A stretch of 64,000 bases of DNA, taken from positions 108,624,001-108,688,000 of the forward strand of contig OX597814.1 in the NCBI GenBank assembly GCA_951406725.2, given 5' to 3'. The notes beneath the pieces are model-generated. The model saw only the letters and a program-made list of their open reading frames with translations, had not been told where the DNA came from and ran no database searches. Source of the stretch: Octopus vulgaris. Taxonomy: Eukaryota. Positions 54,835 through 64,000 of the stretch are shown here, in pieces (position 1 is the stretch's first letter; every line of letters begins with the position of its first letter). A program made the position numbers and the translations under genes.

Positions 54835-55862
54835 ATTGGTTTCAAATTTTGTCACAAGGCCAGCAATTTCGGGGGAGGGGGTAAGTTGATTACATCGCCC
54901 CTCTTCTCCCAGTGTTCAACTGGTACTTGTTTTTATCAACCTTGAAAGGATAAAAGGCAAAAATCAACCTCAGTGGAATTTGAACTCAGAATGTAAGGAC
55001 AGACAAAATGCCACGAAACATTTTGCACAACTTGTTGCCTTATTTCTAATATAAGTATTGGTTTCAAATTTTAGCACAAGGCCAGCAATTTTGGGGGTAG
55101 GAGACTAGTTGATTACATTAACCCCAGTGCTCAACTGGTACTCCTTGAAAGGAGAAAAGGTAAAGTGGACCTCAGCGGAATTTGAACTCAGAACTTAATG
55201 TTAGCACACTGAGTGAAATGTTTAGCGGTATTTTGTCTGTCTTTATGTTCTGGGTTCAAATTCTGCCAAGGTCAACTTTTCCTTTCATCTTTTGGAGTCG
55301 ATAAATTAAGTACCAGTTGCATACATGGGTCGATCTAATTGACTGGCTCCCTCCCCCAAAATTTCGGGCCTTGTGTCTAGAATAGAAAAGAATATTTAAA
55401 ATAACTAAGGGGGCGAGCTGGCAGAATCGTTAGCACACCGGGCAAAATGCTCAGCAGTATTTCGTATGTCGCTATATTCTGAGTTCAAATTCTGCTGAGG
55501 TCAACTTTGCCTTTCATCCTTTCGGGTCAATAAATTAAGCACCAGTTGTGTACTGCAGGTGATCTAATCAACTGGTCCCCTCCCCAAAGATTGCAGGCCT
55601 TGTGCCTAGAGTAGAAAAGAATATTTAAAACAACTAAGGTGGCGAGCTGGCAGAAATGTTAGCACACCGGGTGAAATGCTTGGCGGTATTTCATCTGTCT
55701 TTGTTCTGAGTTCAAATTCCGCCAAGGTTGACTTTGCCTTTCATCCTTTCAGGATCAATGAATTAAGCATGAGTTGTGTACTGTGGTCGGTCTAGTTGAC
55801 TGGCTCCCTCCCCACAAATTTCGGTCCTTGTGCCTAGAGTAAAAAAGAATATTTAAAACAAC
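54835..55862. mobile_element. Cluster of five family-2 SINEs: two minus, then three plus in tandem (~229-bp period)
   Basis: Linker AGAAAAGAATATTTAAAA(T/C)AACT follows each plus copy (~55384, 55614, 55841). Confidence 0.85.
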
Positions 55863-56562
55863 TTTGCTCATAAGACCTGGGGTGATTTTTTAATCTTTTT
55901 TTTTGTTTTGCTATTAAATGTGTGTCTTCAATGCCATCAAATACAGGAAATTTCTTGTTTTCCATTTTGGAATTTATGTGACAGTTTTCCAAGATTAGAA
56001 CCAGGACATTTACACAGAAGAACTTGCAAAAAGTCTTCAATTCCATCTGTACAATATTTCCAAGCAATTATTATATTGAATTCCTGTTATTTTATTTATT
56101 TTTTTTTTTTGTTGTTGTTGTTGTTGAGTTTGTTTTAAATATGCTACAGTTGCAATGAAATCTGCTAAGACAATTTGAAATACTAAGAACTGCAAACTCA
56201 TCAAAACACTAATTATATTATAAAACCACAGATTAATTGCATGCGTATTAGATTGTCTCCTTGAATACCTGACAACTGAAATATTGCTAAAACGAGATGA
56301 CAACAACAGGTGTTTTCAGCACTAATTGGCCACAGTATCAATTAGCATAACCTAATTAGTAACATATCAGATTTCAAATTGCAAACTGATATGTTACAGA
56401 AAATTAAAATAAAGAAAAAAAAAGAAGAAAAAATGTATTTAATTAGTTTTTTTCAAGCTTATTTGCCATTATCCTACTGATGCTGTGGCATCATGTTGTT
56501 GTTTTGACTGTTATTGATGTTGTTGTTGTTATTGTCTTTTACTAATTGTGTCCATAGTTGAA

Positions 56563-56772
56563 TTAACCCTCTTGAGACCAACGTGCTGGAGAACATCTTT
56601 GGTCCTCTCGTACAAACTTCCCACTTTAAAATGATCAAAATTTTATGCTAATTTATGTTTGAACACCAGGATAATAAGGACAAAGTCATTATATTAAATT
56701 CTTCGTTATTTCCAAAATTAATGGAAACAAAGGTAGAATGCTTCAACAGGAATATGGCAACAAATGGATTAA
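56563..56772. mobile_element. piggyBac-like MITE, with further degenerate copies to ~57090
   Basis: TTAA|CCCT...TGGA|TTAA ends. Another CCCTTTAGCATT-type family at ~23740, 24945 and 42918. Confidence 0.45.
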
Positions 56773-58411
56773 AGTGATTTAAATGATAACCTTCCATCAA
56801 AATTCCATGTTATGTTGTAAACACTAGCTTAATAGTGACAAAGTATTTTAACTAAAATTCTTCATTATTTTCAACAAAAAGTGGTGTATTTCAATAGAAA
56901 TACATTAACAGATTGGTTGAATATTGTTTGAGTTTATTGGTATGTGTGTTCTGTAATTCACCTGAGACAACCTTTACTTCTGTGATGCGAAGCTCTGCTT
57001 TTAAAGTGATCTAAATTTGAACCGTTCATCAAAACTGCATGGTGAATTTATCTTCCAAATATCAGATTATTTATGACACATTTATTTTACTGAATAATTG
57101 TTTTACTTGTTTCTGCCATTCTGACTGCGGCCATGCTAGAGCATTGCCTTTAGTCGAGCAAATCAACCCCAGAAATTATTCTTTGTAAGCCTAGTACTTA
57201 TTTCTTTATTTCCCACAGAGGGCTAAACATACAGAGGACAAACAAGGACAGACACTGGGATTAAGTCCATTACATCGACCCCAGTATGTAACTGGTACTT
57301 ATTTAATCAACCCCGAAAGGATGAAAGGCAAAGTCAACCTTGGTGGAATTTGAACTCAGAATGTAAAGACAAATGAAATACCTCTTTCTTTACTACGCAC
57401 AAGGGGCTAAACACAGGGGGGACAAACAAGGACAGACAAACGGATTAAGTTGATTATATCGAACCCAGTGTGTAACTGGTACTTATGTAATCGACCCCAA
57501 AAGATGAAAGGCTAAGTCTACCTTGATGGAATTTGAACTCAGAACGTAGCAGCAGACGAAATACCACAAAGCATTTCGCCCAGCGTGCTAATGTTTCTGC
57601 CAGCTCGCCGCCTTACTTATTCTATCGGTCTCTTTTGCTGAACCACTAAGTTACAGGGATGTAAACACACCGACATCAGTTGTCAAGTGATGGTGGGGGA
57701 CACACACACAGACACACAAACACACACACATGATGGGCTTCTTTCAGTTTCCGTCTACCAAATCCACTCACAAAGCTTTGGTCTGCCTGAGGCTAATGTA
57801 GAAGACACCAGCTGAAGATGCCACGAAACCGGAACCATGTGGTTGGGACTGAGCCCGGAATCAAGTGGTTGAGAAGTAAGATTCTTACCACACAGCCACC
57901 CCCAGAACAAAGGCGCCATGTAGGTCAACAGAAATATGATAGCAAAAGAATTAACAAGTGTTGCCATAACCTGTGATATCTTCACATTCTAAACATGTTC
58001 AAACAGCTCAGTCTATCAGGCTCTAAATAGATACCACTTGTTGATACAAAGGTCAATACAGTTCACTGATCTAGATGATAACCGCATTTTCACCAGCAGA
58101 GCGGGGGTTGGGGTGGTAGTCATTGTGTTCTTTTACATGTTTCAGTCGTTTGACTGCGGTCATGCTGGAGTACCCCCTTTAAGAATTTTTAGTGGAATAA
58201 ATCACCCCCTCCGCTATTTATTTTGTTTTGAAGCTTGGTACTTATTCTATTATGTCCTTTTTGCTGAACTGCTAAGTTATGGGGATGTAAACATACCAAC
58301 ACCGGTTGTCAAGCAGTGGTGAGGGGTGCAAACACAGACACACACATAGGCTGGCACTTATATAGATAGATAGTCAATGCATCATATCTGAAAAAGAAGT
58401 GCACTCTAAAG

Positions 58412-58686
58412 CAGTGGTTCCCAAATTATATTGGGCTGCTGCCCCCTTGACACTCAAGCCACATTCCTAGTGCCCCTACCTCAACTAACCATCGCAAACA
58501 CAAACCTCTTTCTGAAGCGAATTCAAAGCAATTGCATTTCACAAATAAAACTTAACCTAATGAACCCATTATTTTGTTGATTTTACATGAATCGCTACCC
58601 CATTATTGCCCCACTTTTCTTCAATGCTCCCTTGGAATTTTCCACCACATCCACGGGTGCAATACCACCCAGTTTGGGAACCACTG
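58412..58686. mobile_element. hAT (Charlie/Buster-like) MITE, 275 bp
   Basis: Perfect 14-bp TIR CAGTGGTTCCCAAA; 8-bp TSD CTCTAAAG at 58404-58411 and 58687-58694. The empty site is seen in the related repeat at ~2828. Confidence 0.92.
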
Positions 58687-58957
58687 CTCTAAAGCATAGA
58701 GCAGTAATGTATTTGTATGTAGTTAAGTCAGTGACCAGTCACAGACAAATGTCTTCGGCTTTAGAATTTGACAAGCCGTTCACAGGGCTTAGCCCTTTGT
58801 GGATGCTATACCATTAGTCACTCTATGACCAGACATAGGCTTAACTACAAATAAACACACACACACACACACACGCACAATCCATATTATATTAAGAGAA
58901 GAAAATGGAGAACTAGTGGTTAATATTTACTTTTATTAATAAATTGATAATCATTTC

Positions 58958-59101
58958 TTCCTACAGCTGTTTCCATTTATACTCATTGAATAAGTTACAA
59001 ATTTATGCATTAGATTTGCATTTATAAGTTATGATGCCTAACTTTTCCTTGATGATATTTTACTCATAACTTATAAATGCAAATCTAATGCATGAATTTG
59101 T
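58958..59101. repeat. Head-to-head insertion whose two arms carry complementary halves of one hammerhead
   Basis: 38-bp inverted overlap, 58997-59035 versus 59063-59101. Plus arm TTCC-TTGATGA-TATTTTACTCA; minus arm TGAGTATAAATG-GAAA-CAGCTG-TA^GGAA. Confidence 0.6.
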
Positions 59102-61838
59102 TATTGGGAAGCAATCCTCTTACATCCTGTAATTGTGTGTTGAGTAGCTGCGATGATGAGGTAGTGGTGGTCACATGACTAGGGTAGGCATTGAGACAGC
59201 TCTCTTTCAATGCAAATTTGATTTTAGGGTGAGAAAACAGTGTTTAAAGGTGTCAGTGTGTCGATGTGTTAAGTATTTTGGCAAGAAGTGTTGTGCTAAA
59301 CTATTGCCGCCGTAACATACTCAAACAGTAAAGGGTCTGTTAGAGAGAAACAGCTCAGGCTCCGATCTGTTGGTTGTGTTGCATTAACTTAAATGAAAGG
59401 TTAATTGCAAGCGAGCTTCTAAAGTGATAGCGTATCGGCATTTGTGGTTGTTATTGTTGTTGCCGTTGTTGGTGTGAAATGATGAAAGAGAACTTCAGAG
59501 AGATGCCATTCTTTGAATTGTTGAATTACTTCAAGCAACATTAAATAGTTAAAAGAGACTCGATACGATTATATTTGCTCATTCATACATCAAATATACA
59601 TTTCATGAATAGGAATACAGTTTTTAAAAAAATATAATTGTTGACAAATTATTAAGATTTAAAAACGAACAAAAAAAAAAACCCAAAAAGCCCACAAACA
59701 CTTCAGTTGTTTGGTTTATGTCTCTACAACTCTTTTCAGTCTAAAAAATTAATTTTTTTTTAGTTTTTAGCTAAGACTGGGATAATAGCTGCAATTAAGG
59801 ACCTTTTCAGTCCCTTAAATACTGAGATCTTATGTAATGGTTAGTGTTAATAATCATCATCACCATCACCACCACCACCACCACCACCATCAGCATCACC
59901 ATCATTTAACATCTGTTTACTATGCTGGTATGGGTTCAATGGTTTGACAGGAGCTGGCAAGCCATAGGGCCTCACCAGGCTCCAGTTGTCTGTTTTAGCA
60001 TAGCTTCTATGACTGGATGCCCTTCCTAACACCAAACATTATAAAATATTCTGGGTGCTTTTTACATGGCACTAGAATGGATGCTTTTAGGTGACGCTAG
60101 CACCGGTGCTTTTTATGTAACGAATCATTCTGCTCTGTAGAATGAAGTCAGGATTGCATTCCATACTCCTTAGGCTGAAGTCACTAGACTGTAGGACGAT
60201 TTTCTGCATCGTTACACGTCATTAGCTACAGACATCATATCTGTTGTTCACAGCCCACATATAAAACATTTGCTGGTGTGCGCAAAGCTTTACCAAGCTG
60301 GAATTAATTAAATTAATTAATGAGAGGCACATTAAGCAGTGATGATTGAAATATAGGTGCCTTTCTTCTTCTTTCACTTGTTTCAGTCATTAGACTGTGG
60401 TCATGCTGGGGCACTGCCTTGAAAAATTTTCAAGCATAGTACTTACTCTATCAGTCTCTGGCTGACACTAGCTGTTAAGTGGTAGTAGGAGACACACACA
60501 TGCACAAGCACACACACACACACATGCACACATAGGGTTTTTCTTACAGTTTCTGTCTACCGAATCCACTCATGAGGCTTTAGTTGGCCTAAGGTTATAG
60601 TAGAAGGCACTTACCCAAGGTGTCACACAGTGAGACTGAACCCGGAACCATGTAGTTGGGAAGCAAACTTCTTACCACACAGCCACGCCTGTATTTATAT
60701 GTGTGCACAATTATATTTAACCTGTCATGTACACTCAAATATGGAATGACCTCCACTACTAGAAAATGTCTATGGAAAGGAATGCCCCCTATAAACAATG
60801 TGCTTATGAAAACCAGACCAGAAGGCTTTCATTTTATAAGTTCTCAAATAAGAACCTGTATCTAGCTTCTTATCACCTGGCACAAGGCCACTTCTTTCAG
60901 AACAAATCCCCATTTCATTTGAAGGGCTGTTGTCCTGCAAGCGACTTGGTTACCTCATTGATGCTGGTGCCACATAATACACCCAGTCCACCCTACAAAG
61001 TGGTTGGCATTAGGTAAGGGCATGAAGCCATAGAAACCATGCCCAAAACAAGCAGTGGAGCTTGGTGCAGTCCTCTGGCACACCAGCCCCTGCCAAACCA
61101 TCCAACCCATGCCAGCATGGAAAATGGATCTTAAATGATGATGAGGATGATGGAGGTGGTGGTGGTGATGGTAATGATAATGATGATTTAAAATTTTGGC
61201 ACAAGACCAGTAATTTCAGGGGAAGGGGTAAGTCGATTACATCAACCCCAGTGTCCAACTGGTACTTATTTTGTTCAACCCAGAAAGGAAGAAATGCAAA
61301 GTTGACCTCGGCAGAATTTGAACTCAGAATGTAAAGACAGACGAAATGCTGAAGAGCATTTTGTCTGGTGTGCTAAAGATTCTGCCAGCTCACTGCCTTA
61401 TATGATGATGATAATGATGATAATGACGATGACAATGGTGGTGATGATGATGATGGTGGTGGTGGTGGTGGTGGCGATGATGATTGTGGTGATAATGATG
61501 ATGATGACAATAATGATGACGATGACGATGACGACAATGCCGATGGTGATGATGATGATGGTGATGATGATAATGATGATGACGACGACAATGATAGTGA
61601 TGGCGACAATGATAGTGATGGCAGTGGTGATGATGATGATGATAATGATGATGGTGATGACAATGATGATGACGATGGTGATGATGACGATGGTGATGAT
61701 GATGGTGATAACGAAGATGACAATGATGATGGTGATGACGATGAGGATGATAATGATAATGACAACGGCGATAGTGATGATGCTGGTGATGATGTTAACG
61801 ATGATGATAACAATGATGAGGACAATGATGGTGATGAC

Positions 61839-61872
<34 letters not shown>

Positions 61873-62588
61873 GTGACGACGGTGATGATGATGATGATGA
61901 TGATAATGATTTGCATTTCATTTGAGGCAAACAAAGATTGCTGGTTTTTACTTTCCCCATATTTCCATCGTTTGAGGCTTTCCCAAACATTTCCACCAGC
62001 GCAACGCCACACACACACAAGAGATTAAGCAGATAAAATAAAGAGACTTTGGTTGGCGGTGATTACTTCTCTTTCGAACGTATGAAGCAGTGTTTCATCA
62101 ATAGACTTTCCAAATCAATGATTCTTCAACCAAAACCTAATTCTAATGCTACATTTCCAAAATACACCGGACTCTACTAACGAACATTCTTCCTCTGTGG
62201 ACATTTTATAGAAAGTAGACCTCTCTTCCTAACCCCCCTCTCTGTATTCCTCATGCTCCCTCTCTCCATCTTCCTTCCTCTCTCTCTTTATCTCTTTCTC
62301 TCCCCTTCCCCTCTCCATCTTCCTCTCTCTCTCTTTACCTTTTTCTCTCATCCTCCCTCTCTCTCTTTCTATTTCTTCCTCTCTCTTTCATCCCCTCTCT
62401 CTTTTCTTCTCTCCTATTTTCTCTGTCTTCCTCTCTCTTTCATCCCCTCTCTCTCTTCCATTTCCTCTCTCTCCCTGTTTCTCTCTACCCCTATCTCATT
62501 TTCTCTGTCTTTCTCTTCTTTCCCTCCCTCTCTCACGTCCTTTATGCTTCACTATTCTTAACACACACACACACACACGTACATGGCC

Positions 62589-62639
<51 letters not shown>

Positions 62640-63110
62640 TACACGCCCCTGCACACATCGGTCCATTAGAAGACTCGTGCTAAGCACCGAATCTCTGCGA
62701 GATTGATTCATTACGTTGACAAAACTATGGAATTTTTATTGAAGTGTTCGTATGAAATATATATTAGGCTTCTCTACCAAATCAATAAATTATATATCTA
62801 TTGATCACCGTATAGGTGAATACGTAAATTCATAGATTCAGATGCTGGGCTTCGGTGACAAATATTTGATGTGGGGAAAAATATACAACATTTTGAGAAG
62901 GAGATAGATTTTTCTCTCAGACAAACACCACAGCATCATAACTTTTGATGGTGTATATAGATTAGGTTTGGTACACGGATAGCTTCTATGGGTGAAATAT
63001 ACAGAAACTGCATGAGCTAATCAGAGGTTTCACGAGCCCTTCTAAATCCATTGCAATGCTAGAACCCTTCTCGGCTATCTTTTGTTTTGACTTGAAGGGT
63101 TGTTATCTGG

Positions 63111-63322
63111 GTTCGTTAATTTCCATAAAAATTTATTTATTTATTTTTGTTTCAAAGTGAAAGAGAGGAAAAAGTATAGATATGTGTATATGAAATGGAT
63201 GTGTATGTGTGTGTGTGTGAGAAAGAGAGAGAGGAAGAGAGTGAGTGAAGGGGTGTGTTGTCATGTATACGTACATACATCATTACATATGCATACATCT
63301 TTTTTGTATGTATATGTGTGTA

Positions 63323-63357
<35 letters not shown>

Positions 63358-63547
63358 CAGAGACAGAGAGAGTGAGTGAATGTGTGTGTTCTCATGTATG
63401 TGTAAATGGAACTCACTCATTCTCTCTCTCTCTCTCACACACTCACGTCCATTTCATATATACATTCACACATCTTTTACTTTCTCTTCTCTTTCACTTT
63501 AAAACAAAAGTGAATAAATAAAAAAAATTTTATGGAAATTAACGAAC
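63111..63547. repeat. Imperfect inverted-repeat element with microsatellite interior
   Basis: GTTCGTTAATTTCCATAAAA at 63111 is mirrored at 63547; arms are about 115-125 bp. Confidence 0.75.
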
Positions 63548-63714
63548 AAAACAGCTGATTCGGATGACATTTCATTGACTACTTTTTGAGGCATATCGAC
63601 CGATAGCCCCCTTTCCATATCATCAACAGGTATCTCACAGTCACAATCATTTTGCCCTTGAGTCTGTGTAAGTTTCACCTGAGTGGAACAGCGAGGACTG
63701 AGCTAGTCTCCACC

Positions 63715-64000
63715 TACGGAAGGGTTCCACTTGTCGTCTCTCATCAGTCATAGCCATCTTGAGCTAGTTTCAGCTGCTGTTCCTATTTCCTGGATGGCTT
63801 TGTACAGTTGTCTGGGTTTCCTGGCCTATCATCTTCTGCATTGAAATAACACACTGACCTGGATGGGAAGCCATGGTAACTGACTCCTGTGGGGAATGAG
63901 GCTGCCTGCCAATCCTTGACAAGGACCTTGTTGACTAGGTGCTGATATTTTGATTGCTTAAACTGGCAGGAAATATCGAGTCTGTCCTCCCGGGGCACTG
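63715..64000 (-). mobile_element. 3' end of a restriction-like-endonuclease non-LTR retrotransposon (HERO-like), degenerate, continuing past the window
   Basis: VPREDRL...KQSKYQHLV...DW....P.GVSYHGF matches the VPWE..K..KY..L...GW...P.EVG.RGF pattern; terminal IGTAAETSSRWL*LMR..W. Confidence 0.65.

Overview
Repeat-saturated, microsatellite-rich eukaryotic DNA with no intact host gene. The repeat inventory resembles an octopus genome (inference from memory of these families, not a database result). It holds several tRNA-derived SINE families, 5'-truncated RTE-clade LINEs with (GAT)n tails, degenerate Penelope-like elements (PLEs), pogo/Tc2, maT, mariner, hAT, piggyBac-like and Helitron relics, a HERO-like RLE fragment and a 5S rRNA pseudogene. 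Most six-frame ORFs are microsatellite artefacts. The main result is a hidden layer of about a dozen minimal type-I hammerhead ribozyme (HHR) motifs, intact to relic, from at least five sequence families. The best case is a 359-nt tandem dimer with an inverted partial copy (15345-16317) carrying a U3:A8 core-variant HHR, a candidate retrozyme that would release a 359-nt, possibly circular, RNA. A second case is a tRNA-headed SINE with an HHR in its tail (23888-24476). All folds were assigned by eye, and repeat boundaries are approximate unless TSDs are quoted.
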